Source of the DNA: an uncultured archaeon | GTDB lineage: Archaea > Iainarchaeota > Iainarchaeia > Iainarchaeales > 0-14-0-20-30-16 | Length of the DNA stretch: 32,000 nt | Assembly (NCBI GenBank): GCA_964480435.1 | Contig: CAYZSS010000004.1 | Coordinates: 13,839 to 45,838 of the forward strand | Direction of reading: 5' to 3' | Shown here: in pieces, positions 24,711-32,000 of the stretch | Numbering within the stretch: the first letter of the stretch is position 1 | How the letters are laid out: every line of letters begins with the position of its first letter | Notes under the pieces: model-generated | The model's database searches: none | The model's input: the letters and a program-made list of their open reading frames with translations, nothing else | What the model was told of the DNA's origin: nothing | Program-made: the position numbers and the translations under genes

Positions 24711-24797
24711 TTAAGGTGATATTATGGATCAAGTTGGTGATTTTAAAAAAGAAAAATCACAACAGGATTACATAATTTAAGGTGATATTATGGATCA
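24711..24797 (+). repeat. 21-nt exact direct repeat (TTAAGGTGATATTATGGATCA) at 24711-24731 and 24777-24797
   Basis: Both copies were read directly from the sequence. The repeat spans the SD (GGTGAT), the spacer, the ATG and 5 further coding nt of rpoB'. Confidence 0.95.
24724..24780 (+). CDS. 18-codon upstream mini-ORF (MDQVGDFKKEKSQQDYII) preceding rpoB'
   Basis: It has the same SD, spacer and ATG as rpoB'. Its TAA stop (24778-24780) abuts the genuine rpoB' SD. Whether it is translated is unknown. Confidence 0.3.
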   Translation: MDQVGDFKKEKSQQDYII

Positions 24798-26595
24798 GGC
24801 AAAAATTTATTTTGATGGTAGTTTGATGGGGTTTCATGAGGATCCTAAGAAATTAATAAAAGAACTAAAGAAACTAAGAAGAGAAAATAAACTTAGTCCT
24901 AATGTTAACATAAGTCATATGGATAGCACAAATGAAATCTATATAAATACTAGTGCTGGAAGAATCCAAAGGCCATTAATTGTAATAGAAAATGGAAAGC
25001 CAAAATTAACTCCTGAACATCTTGAAAAAGTAAAAAAAGGACAATTATCTTTTGATGATTTAATAAAAAATGGATTAGTAGAATATTTAGATGCGGAAGA
25101 AGAAGATAATGCTTATGTTGCAATATTTGAAAAAGATTTAACTAAAGAACACACACATTTAGAACTTGATCCTGTTGTTTTATTTGGATTTGTTGTTGGA
25201 ATGATTCCGTATGTGAATCAAAATGCACCTGGAAAATCATTGCACGGGGCAAAAATGTTTAAACAGACAGTTGGTTATTGTAACCCTAATCAAAATTATA
25301 GAGTTGATACTGATTCTTATGAATTATATTATCCTCAAAGACATCTAGTAAAAACAAAAGTAATGGACTTGCTTAATTCTGATGATAGGCCATTAATACA
25401 AAATTTTGTTGTTGCAATTATGCCTTACTACGGATATAATATGCAGGATGCTGTGGTAATAAATAAAGGGGCAGTAGACAGAGGTTTAGGAAGATTATCT
25501 TATTATAGAACTTATACAACTGAAGAAACAATTTATCCAGGTGGATTAAAAGATGCAATTTGTTATCCTGATGAAGATGTTGAAGACCATTTAGGTGAAG
25601 ACGCATATTCAATTTTGGGTGATGATGGGCTTGCAGAAGTTGAAACTTTTGCATCAAGAAAAAATGTTGTTGTTGGAAAAACATCTCCTCCAAAATATGT
25701 TGAAGAAATTTCGGAGTTTGGTGTTTTAAAAGAAAAAAGAATAGATAGTTCATTGGATATTAGAAAAAATAAAGAAGGATATGTTGATAAAGTATTTTTA
25801 AGTAGTGATGGAATTGCAAAAAAAGTAAAAATAAAAATAAGAACTCCCAAAATACCTGAAATGGGGGATAAGTATGCATCCAAACACGGACAGAAGGGTG
25901 TTATCGGGTATGTTGCAAAAGAAGAGGACATGCCTTTTAGTGTTAATGGTTCAAAACCAGATCTAATTCTAGATCCACACTCAATACCAACTAGAATGAC
26001 TGTTGCACATCTAATTGAAATGTTAGCGGGAACTGCTGCTTGTGCATGTGGAAAGGAAATTGATGGTACTGCTTATTCAGGAGTAAATGCTGAAGAATTA
26101 AGAACCATTTTGATAAAGAACGGGTTTTCTCCTTCCGGAATGGAAACTTTTTATGATGGTCTAACAGGAAAAAAACTTGTTGGAGAAATATTTACTGGTT
26201 TAATTTCTTATAGAAGATTATACCACTTTGTGTCTCACAAAATGCAGGCAAGATCTAGAGGCCCTGTTCAAATGTTAACAAGGCAACCTACTGAAGGAAT
26301 GGAGAAAGAAGGTGGATTAAAATTCGGTGAGATGGAAACAGACTGTTTAATTGGGTACGGAGCAACAATGCTTTTAAATGAAAAACTTTTGGATGATTCA
26401 GATAAAATTATTGTGCCGGTATGTAAAAAATGTGGTATTGTGGCAGTAAGTGATAATATACAAAAGAAAACTTATTGTAATATTTGTAATAAATCAGAGA
26501 TTGTAAGGGTTGCTATGCCTTACGCATTTAAGATCTTTTTAGATGAATTAAGGTCTTTGATGATATATCCTAAATTAGCAGTTAAGGAGTTTTAA
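24790..26595 (+). CDS. rpoB1: DNA-directed RNA polymerase subunit B' (C-terminal half of split Rpo2)
   Basis: 'GDKYASKHGQKGVIG', 'PDLILDPHSIPTRMTVAHLIE', 'RGPVQMLTRQPTEG', 'FGEMETDCLIGYGA' and a C-terminal Zn ribbon 'CKKCG...CNICN'. Confidence 0.95.
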   Translation: MDQAKIYFDGSLMGFHEDPKKLIKELKKLRRENKLSPNVNISHMDSTNEIYINTSAGRIQRPLIVIENGKPKLTPEHLEKVKKGQLSFDDLIKNGLVEYLDAEEEDNAYVAIFEKDLTKEHTHLELDPVVLFGFVVGMIPYVNQNAPGKSLHGAKMFKQTVGYCNPNQNYRVDTDSYELYYPQRHLVKTKVMDLLNSDDRPLIQNFVVAIMPYYGYNMQDAVVINKGAVDRGLGRLSYYRTYTTEETIYPGGLKDAICYPDEDVEDHLGEDAYSILGDDGLAEVETFASRKNVVVGKTSPPKYVEEISEFGVLKEKRIDSSLDIRKNKEGYVDKVFLSSDGIAKKVKIKIRTPKIPEMGDKYASKHGQKGVIGYVAKEEDMPFSVNGSKPDLILDPHSIPTRMTVAHLIEMLAGTAACACGKEIDGTAYSGVNAEELRTILIKNGFSPSGMETFYDGLTGKKLVGEIFTGLISYRRLYHFVSHKMQARSRGPVQMLTRQPTEGMEKEGGLKFGEMETDCLIGYGATMLLNEKLLDDSDKIIVPVCKKCGIVAVSDNIQKKTYCNICNKSEIVRVAMPYAFKIFLDELRSLMIYPKLAVKEF

Positions 26596-26606
26596 GGGGT
26601 ATCATT

Positions 26607-29216
26607 ATGTTGGCTAAAATAAATGGATTAAAATTTGGGATTCTATCTCCAGACCAAGTTAGAAAGATGTCTGTTATTGAAATAAAAACTCATGAGCTTT
26701 ATGATAAAGATGGTTATCCAATAGAAGGAGGAATAATGGATCCTCACTTGGGTGTTTCAGAAAAGGGACGAAAGTGTAAAACCTGTGGTAATTCAGTTGA
26801 AAAATGTCAAGGTCACTTTGGGCATCTTGAATTAGTTAGACCTGTAATACATGCGGGATATTATAAAAAAATGGAACAACTTGTATTCTCTACTTGTAGA
26901 GGTTGTGGAAGAACACTATTAACTACTGATGAAATTGCAGCAGCAAAGAAAATAAAAGAAGTCGATGTAAGAATAAAATATATTACTGCAAAATCAACAC
27001 CAAAAAAAGAATGCCCTTATTGTGGTGAAACTAAATTAGTTTATAGATTGGACCCTCCTACAAATTTTAGTATAGTTAATGAAGGTGCGGAAGAAGAACT
27101 AAAAAGACTTTATCCTACTGAAATAAGAGAATGGTTTGAAAAAATACAAGATGATGATTTAACTTTATATGGTTATAAAACAATAAGACCAGAGTGGTTT
27201 ATTTTAACTGCTTTGCCAATTCCACCTGCAACATTACATCCGTCTATAGTTTTAGAAAATGGAACTAGATCTGAAGATGATTTGACATTTAAATTGGTTG
27301 ATATAATACTAAATAATAATAGACTAAGAGATAATATTAATGCTGGAGCTCCACAATTAATGATCGAAGATTTATGGAATTTGTTACAGCACAATATTAC
27401 TACTTATTTTAATAATAATACTCCTGGTGTACCTCCATCTAAACATAGGTCAGGAAGATTACTGAAAACTTTAGTGCAAAGAATAAAAGGAAAAACAGGA
27501 ATAATTAGACAAAATTTGATGGGAAAAAGAGTAAACTTTGCAGCAAGATCAACTATTGTTCCAGATATTTATATAAGGCCTGATGAAGTTGGTGTTCCGT
27601 TATCATTTTCAGAAGAATTAACTGTTCCTGAAAAAGTAACTGAATATAATTTAGAAGCAATGAGGGCAATGGTAAAGGACACAGAGTTAGTAAGATATGT
27701 GATGAAAAAAGGAGCCGGAAGAAAAAAAGTAATTGACGCAGTAAAAGAAAGTATTGCTACTGAATTAGAAGCCGGAGATATAATTGAAAGAATATTAAAA
27801 AATGGAGATCATGTTTTGTTTAATAGATATCCATCATTGCACAGATTATCAATAATGGCACATAAAGTAAAAGTAGTTAGTGGAAAAACAATTAGAATGC
27901 ATCCAACTACTTGTAAGCCATACAACGCAGACCACGATGGAGATGAAATGAACATACACGTTCCTCAAAAAGAAGAAGGAAAAACAGAAGCAATTGAATT
28001 GCTAAGTGTTAATAAAAATATTGTTTCTCCAAGAAATGGAGATATAATTGTAATACCAATTGAGGATATTGTGTCTGGTGCTTTTATTTTAACATTGCCA
28101 ACAACAAAAATTTCAAGACAGGATGCAATGAACTATTTTAGAATGGCAGGATTAGAAAAAATGCCTAAACCTGATTTAGAAAATGATTATTACTCTGGAA
28201 AAGCAATATTCAGCTCACTTTTGCCTGATGGTGTTAATCTAAAATACATTTCAGATATCCATAAGTTTGTAGGCCCTGGTCAAAAAGCTAATAAATCAAT
28301 TAGAGAGGCTGTAGAAGTAATCATAGAAGATGGGGTACTAAAACAAGGGGTAATGGATAAAAAAGGATTAGCAAGTGGAGCAGCAAAAATTATCTTTGCA
28401 ATACAAAGAGAATATGGTAATGATGCAGTAATAGAATTCTATAATAAATTAACAAGAATAACTTTAGATGTTTGTACAAGATATGGTCTAACTACTCCTG
28501 TTGATGATAATGTAATGGATGCAGATTTCTATACTTGGAAAGATACCAGGATGGAAGAATTTGTTGCTAAATCAAAAGACTTAGAAGACAAATATAAAAG
28601 CAAAAATTTAGAAAAAATGCCTGGAAAAAATATACATGACTCATTTGAAGCATATATTATGAAAGAGGGTTTTGCAGTAAAGAAAGATATTGAATCAAAA
28701 ATTGTAGGAAAATTAATAAATAATATTTTTACTGATAAACCAAAATTTAATTCTTTAATTATGATTCTAAGTGGTGCTAGAGGAAAAATAGATAATCTAA
28801 CTAACATGGGTGGTGCTGTTGGGCAGGCGGCTGTAAGAGAGAAAAGACCATCAAGAGGATTTACTGATAGGGTTTTGAGTTATTATAAAAGAGGTACAGA
28901 CTCTGCTTTGCCAAGAGGATATATTACTAAGTCCTATTATGAAGGTTTACTTCCACATGAATTGTACTTCCAAAGTATGGGTGCAAGACAAGGAGAAGTT
29001 GATACAGGTGTTTCCACAAAAATCTCAGGATATCTGTATAGAAGAATTTCCCACGCAACAAGAGATCTTTACACAGCTGAAGATTTAAGTGTAAGAAACA
29101 CAGACAACAAAGTAATACAATTTATTTATGGTGAAGATGGATTGTATCCTCAGAACTTGGAAGGTCATGAATTAATTGGAGATGGATTTTTCTCTGCAAA
29201 TGTGAAAAAGAAGTAA
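26607..29216 (+). CDS. rpoA1: DNA-directed RNA polymerase subunit A' (N-terminal part of split Rpo1)
   Basis: Zn motif 'CKTCGNSVEKCQGHFGHLELVRPV', 'RLLKTLVQRIKGKTGIIRQNLMGKRVNFAARSTI', 'FNRYPSLHRLSIMAHKV' and the catalytic loop 'YNADHDGDEMNIHVPQ'. Confidence 0.95.
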   Translation: MLAKINGLKFGILSPDQVRKMSVIEIKTHELYDKDGYPIEGGIMDPHLGVSEKGRKCKTCGNSVEKCQGHFGHLELVRPVIHAGYYKKMEQLVFSTCRGCGRTLLTTDEIAAAKKIKEVDVRIKYITAKSTPKKECPYCGETKLVYRLDPPTNFSIVNEGAEEELKRLYPTEIREWFEKIQDDDLTLYGYKTIRPEWFILTALPIPPATLHPSIVLENGTRSEDDLTFKLVDIILNNNRLRDNINAGAPQLMIEDLWNLLQHNITTYFNNNTPGVPPSKHRSGRLLKTLVQRIKGKTGIIRQNLMGKRVNFAARSTIVPDIYIRPDEVGVPLSFSEELTVPEKVTEYNLEAMRAMVKDTELVRYVMKKGAGRKKVIDAVKESIATELEAGDIIERILKNGDHVLFNRYPSLHRLSIMAHKVKVVSGKTIRMHPTTCKPYNADHDGDEMNIHVPQKEEGKTEAIELLSVNKNIVSPRNGDIIVIPIEDIVSGAFILTLPTTKISRQDAMNYFRMAGLEKMPKPDLENDYYSGKAIFSSLLPDGVNLKYISDIHKFVGPGQKANKSIREAVEVIIEDGVLKQGVMDKKGLASGAAKIIFAIQREYGNDAVIEFYNKLTRITLDVCTRYGLTTPVDDNVMDADFYTWKDTRMEEFVAKSKDLEDKYKSKNLEKMPGKNIHDSFEAYIMKEGFAVKKDIESKIVGKLINNIFTDKPKFNSLIMILSGARGKIDNLTNMGGAVGQAAVREKRPSRGFTDRVLSYYKRGTDSALPRGYITKSYYEGLLPHELYFQSMGARQGEVDTGVSTKISGYLYRRISHATRDLYTAEDLSVRNTDNKVIQFIYGEDGLYPQNLEGHELIGDGFFSANVKKK

Positions 29217-29242
29217 CCAATGAAATAAAGGTGTGATATTTT

Positions 29243-30373
29243 ATGAATTTGCCGATAAGCGTAGAAAATAAGATAAAAAAATATGTTGAGAAACATAAAC
29301 TTTCTAAAGATCAAGAGAAAAGTTTATACAAAGCAGGAGAGGAACTATATCTTAATGCAAAAGTAGTTCCTTATGATACTGTTGGACTTTTAGCTGCACA
29401 TTCAATGGCGGAACCGGCAACTCAGATGATACTTAGAACAAAGCACTTTTCAGGTGCTGCGGAAGTATCAGTTGGATCGGGAATTGAGATATTATCTTCG
29501 TTGGTTGATGCTAGAAGTAAAGTAAGATCTCCATCTATGCACGTATTTTTGAAAGAAGATTTTGCAAAAGATGATGCGAAAGCAAAAAACTGTCTTGCAA
29601 ACTTAGTATATGCTATATTGGATGATGTTGCAGTAATATCTGAAGACTTAGAAACAAAAAAAATAACAGTAACATTTGATAATAAGCTAGTTGCTGAGAA
29701 AAGCGTTGATAAAAAAGAAATACTTGAAGTTTTGAAAAAACAATATAAGAAAAAAATAACTGAGGAAAAAAATGGAGTATCCATCTCTTTTGATGATGTT
29801 AATTTGCAAACCGTAAGGAAGAATTTCCTGAAACTTAAGAAGATGAAAGTAATAGGTTTGGAAGGTATTACTGATGCAATACTTTTAAAAGATGATACTG
29901 GATATTATATTACTACAGAAGGTAGTAACTTTAAAGATGTATTTGATCTTGATTTTGTAGATACAAATAAGACTTACACCAACGATGTAATGGAAACTGC
30001 AAGAGTTTTAGGAATCGAAGCAGCAAGACAACTGTTGGTAAATGAACTAATTAAAGTTTATAAGGATAACGGCATCAATATAGATGCAAGACATCTTATT
30101 CTGCTATCAGATGTAATGTGTTTTGAAGGGACAATAAAAGGAACAGTAAGATCTGGAATTGTTAGCACAAAAGAAAGTCCTTTGGCAAGAGCATCATTTG
30201 AACAAACAGAAAAAGTATTGTTTGATGCAGGATTTGCAGAGGAAAATGAAAAGTTTACAGGTATAATTGAAAATATTTTGGCTGGTTTACCAATAAATGT
30301 TGGGATCGGAAGAATAGAATTAATAATGGATGATTTAGGAATAGAAAAAAAGAAGAGCAAAGGTGGTAAATGA
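29243..30373 (+). CDS. rpoA2: DNA-directed RNA polymerase subunit A'' (C-terminal part of split Rpo1)
   Basis: 'VGLLAAHSMAEPATQMILRTKHFSGAA' (trigger-loop region), 'VLGIEAARQLLVNEL' and 'RHLILLSDVMCFEGTIKG'. The position after rpoA' is canonical. Confidence 0.9.
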   Translation: MNLPISVENKIKKYVEKHKLSKDQEKSLYKAGEELYLNAKVVPYDTVGLLAAHSMAEPATQMILRTKHFSGAAEVSVGSGIEILSSLVDARSKVRSPSMHVFLKEDFAKDDAKAKNCLANLVYAILDDVAVISEDLETKKITVTFDNKLVAEKSVDKKEILEVLKKQYKKKITEEKNGVSISFDDVNLQTVRKNFLKLKKMKVIGLEGITDAILLKDDTGYYITTEGSNFKDVFDLDFVDTNKTYTNDVMETARVLGIEAARQLLVNELIKVYKDNGINIDARHLILLSDVMCFEGTIKGTVRSGIVSTKESPLARASFEQTEKVLFDAGFAEENEKFTGIIENILAGLPINVGIGRIELIMDDLGIEKKKSKGGK

Positions 30374-30684
30374 TGGCTTTTGTAGACCAATTAAGAAATG
30401 TATTGAGAAGTGGAAAATTAGTTTATGGTGCAAAACAAAGCGAAGAACAAATCTTGGCTGGTGCTGTGAAAGCTGTGCTGGTTTCAGAAAAAGCACCTCC
30501 TGAAATATATGAAAGAATAATATATTTGGCGGGCATCGGAAAAATTCCAATAAAAATTATAGAATTAAGTACAAAAGAAATGGGAGAAACATTTGCTTTG
30601 GCATACCCGGTATCAGTAGCATCAATTTTGGATGAAGGAGATTCAAAAATAGTTGCAGAAATAGAAAAAGAAACAAAAAAATAA
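30370..30684 (+). CDS. rpl30e: 50S ribosomal protein L30e
   Basis: 'LRSGKLVYGAKQSEEQILAGAVKAVLVSEKAPPEI...IPIKIIELSTKEMGETFALAYPVSVASILDEGDSKI' fits the L30e/L7Ae-fold pattern. The position after rpoA'' is canonical. Its ATG overlaps the rpoA'' stop (ATGA). Confidence 0.85.
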   Translation: MMAFVDQLRNVLRSGKLVYGAKQSEEQILAGAVKAVLVSEKAPPEIYERIIYLAGIGKIPIKIIELSTKEMGETFALAYPVSVASILDEGDSKIVAEIEKETKK

Positions 30685-30745
30685 GCAGATATATGCTTTT
30701 TAAAGATTTAGGTAAGGATAATTTATATTAATTAAGAGTGATTTT

Positions 30746-30811
30746 ATGGCAAGTTGGAAATTTCTTGAAAAAAAGAGAAATTTCAACAGGCTTAAAAATA
30801 TAGAGATGTGA
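30746..30811 (+). CDS. 21-codon upstream mini-ORF ([21 protein letters not shown]) preceding rps12
   Basis: It is preceded by GTGATTTTATGG (30738-30749), which is identical to the rps12 initiation region (30808-30819). Its TGA stop (30809-30811) lies inside the rps12 SD GTGAT. Whether it is translated is unknown. Confidence 0.3.
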   Translation: MASWKFLEKKRNFNRLKNIEM

Positions 30812-30815
30812 TTTT

Positions 30816-31247
30816 ATGGGAAGCGGAGAATTTGCAGCAGGGCAATTAGAAAACAAAAGGAAAAAATGGAGAAAAAAATCAAAAAAATTCCTGCTAAAAG
30901 CAGAAAAAAAGCAAAATGTATTTAAAGATCCTTTGGAAGGAGCGCCAATGGGTAGTGGAATTGTTATAAGTAAAAAAGCTGTTGAAGCTAGGCAGCCAAA
31001 CTCCGCATTAAGAAAATGTGTTGTTGTGCAGCTTAAGAAAAACGGAATAAAGATAACTGCTTTTGCACCAAAAGATAAAGCTATTACATTTATTGATGAA
31101 CACGATGAAGTAGTGGTATCCGGTATCTCTGGAGCTAAAGGTGGGCCAATGGGGGACCTTTGGGGTGTACGATATAAAGTGGAAAAAGTTAATAATATTT
31201 CTTTAGAAATGCTAAGAACAAAGAGAAAAGAAAAGGTAAGAAGGTAG
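30816..31247 (+). CDS. rps12: 30S ribosomal protein S12 (uS12, S23e-type)
   Basis: '[48 protein letters not shown]...[13 protein letters not shown]...[14 protein letters not shown]' is the archaeal S12 signature. Confidence 0.95.
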   Translation: MGSGEFAAGQLENKRKKWRKKSKKFLLKAEKKQNVFKDPLEGAPMGSGIVISKKAVEARQPNSALRKCVVVQLKKNGIKITAFAPKDKAITFIDEHDEVVVSGISGAKGGPMGDLWGVRYKVEKVNNISLEMLRTKRKEKVRR

Positions 31248-31316
31248 GGGTATAATTTATTTTTGATTTACATCTCGAAAAGAATGGGAGTAAATAATAA
31301 TTAAATGGGTGAAATA

Positions 31317-31919
31317 ATGCTTAAGATGTTTGATAAATGGCAATGTAGTGAAGTAAAAGTAGCTGATTTAGGATTGGCAAGATACATCGGGTTAGATGAT
31401 AGATTAGTGCCACATTCTTTTGGTATTACTGCTGGAAAAAAACACGTTAAAAAATCATTAAATGTTGTTGAAAGACTAGTAAACAAAATGATGAGAACTG
31501 GCCAAGGAAAGAAAAAACTTGGGGGAAAATTTATTAGAGGAAGAGGAATTCCTGGTAATAAATTGGAAATTATGAATATTGTTGAAACAGCATTTCAATT
31601 AATTGATGATAGAACAAAAACTAACCCTATACAACAATTGGTTGCTGCGATTCAAAATAGTAGCCCAAGAGAAGATGTAACAAGATTGAAAAAAGGTGGA
31701 GTAGCATACTCAGAATCAGTAGATATTTCTCCAATTAGAAGATTAGATGAGGCAATAAAAAATATTGCTTTGGCATCTTTTGCAACATCTTTTGATAATC
31801 CAAAAAAAGCTTCTGAAGCATTAGCTGAAGAGATAATGCTTGCTGCAAAAAACGATAATAAAAGTTATGCAGTAAGAAGAAAAGATGAAATAGAAAGAAT
31901 TGCAAAGTCTTCAAGATGA
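31317..31919 (+). CDS. rps7: 30S ribosomal protein S7 (uS7, S5e-type)
   Basis: 'MFDKW...VPHSFG...VERLVNKMMRTG...NPIQQLVAAIQNSSPREDVTRLKKGGVAYSESVDISPIRRLDEAIKNIA...RKDEIERIAKSSR'. GGGTGA lies 4 nt upstream of ATG 31317. The ORF-track start 31305 is the alternative. Confidence 0.95.
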   Translation: MLKMFDKWQCSEVKVADLGLARYIGLDDRLVPHSFGITAGKKHVKKSLNVVERLVNKMMRTGQGKKKLGGKFIRGRGIPGNKLEIMNIVETAFQLIDDRTKTNPIQQLVAAIQNSSPREDVTRLKKGGVAYSESVDISPIRRLDEAIKNIALASFATSFDNPKKASEALAEEIMLAAKNDNKSYAVRRKDEIERIAKSSR

Positions 31920-31995
31920 AATTAAATAAGTCAAATTTAGTTTTCTTAACAGACTTGGATTTTTATTTTTTAAATGAAATTAATGTTGTGATTTT

Positions 31996-32000
31996 ATGGT
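31996..32000 (+). CDS. probable start of the next gene, truncated by the window edge (EF-2/fusA expected from archaeal synteny)
   Basis: GTGATTTTATGG at 31988-31999 is identical to the rps12 initiation region. Only 5 coding nt are visible. Because identical signals head the two mini-ORFs, this could also be a decoy. Confidence 0.2.

Noticed and set aside
31284-31304. 6-codon mini-ORF (MGVNNN) between rps12 and rps7, and the 2-codon ATGAAATAA before rpoA''
   Set aside because: Both are too short and have no copy of the GTGAT SD. They are expected by chance in AT-rich spacers, unlike the two mini-ORFs with duplicated initiation regions.
1-32000. tRNA, rRNA, CRISPR arrays, IS elements and prophage
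   Set aside because: All intergenic spacers are 281 nt or shorter and AT-rich, with no GC-rich cloverleaf-like block. There are no regularly spaced repeats and no transposase or integrase-like ORF. The tape-measure-like part of the giant protein is not accompanied by any phage structural genes.

Overview
This is a strongly AT-rich, very gene-dense archaeal chromosome segment using the standard code (TAA, TAG and TGA all act as stops). The right third (22.9-32.0 kb) is the conserved archaeal transcription/translation cluster rpoH - rpoB'' - rpoB' - rpoA' - rpoA'' - rpl30e - rps12 - rps7, with split B and A subunits. In that cluster nusA is missing from its usual slot, and two upstream mini-ORFs copy the initiation signals of rpoB' and rps12. 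The left third mixes housekeeping genes (RNase P Pop5, Bud32 kinase, ribosomal proteins S15 and S3Ae, UPF0147) with envelope functions. The envelope genes are a patatin-like phospholipase coupled to a miniature archaeosortase-like protein, an HExxH membrane protease, a MacB/FtsX-type ABC transporter with a CARDB/COG1361-like surface protein encoded between its ATPase and permease, a membrane-tethered wHTH regulator, and MgtE. The centre (12.3-22.7 kb) is a single 10.4-kb ORF encoding a 3,459-aa membrane-anchored giant protein. It has a beta-sandwich repeat stalk, a tape-measure-like hydrophobic/coiled-coil segment, and a C-terminal bacterial-type lytic transglycosylase (SLT) plus SGNH esterase. 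That C-terminal pair is a peptidoglycan-attacking module in an organism that should have no peptidoglycan, and it is the main candidate for a novel system. Tiny spacers, AT-richness and a giant surface protein fit DPANN-type small-genome archaea, but the lineage cannot be proven from this window. I found no rRNA, tRNA, CRISPR array, transposase or integrase.
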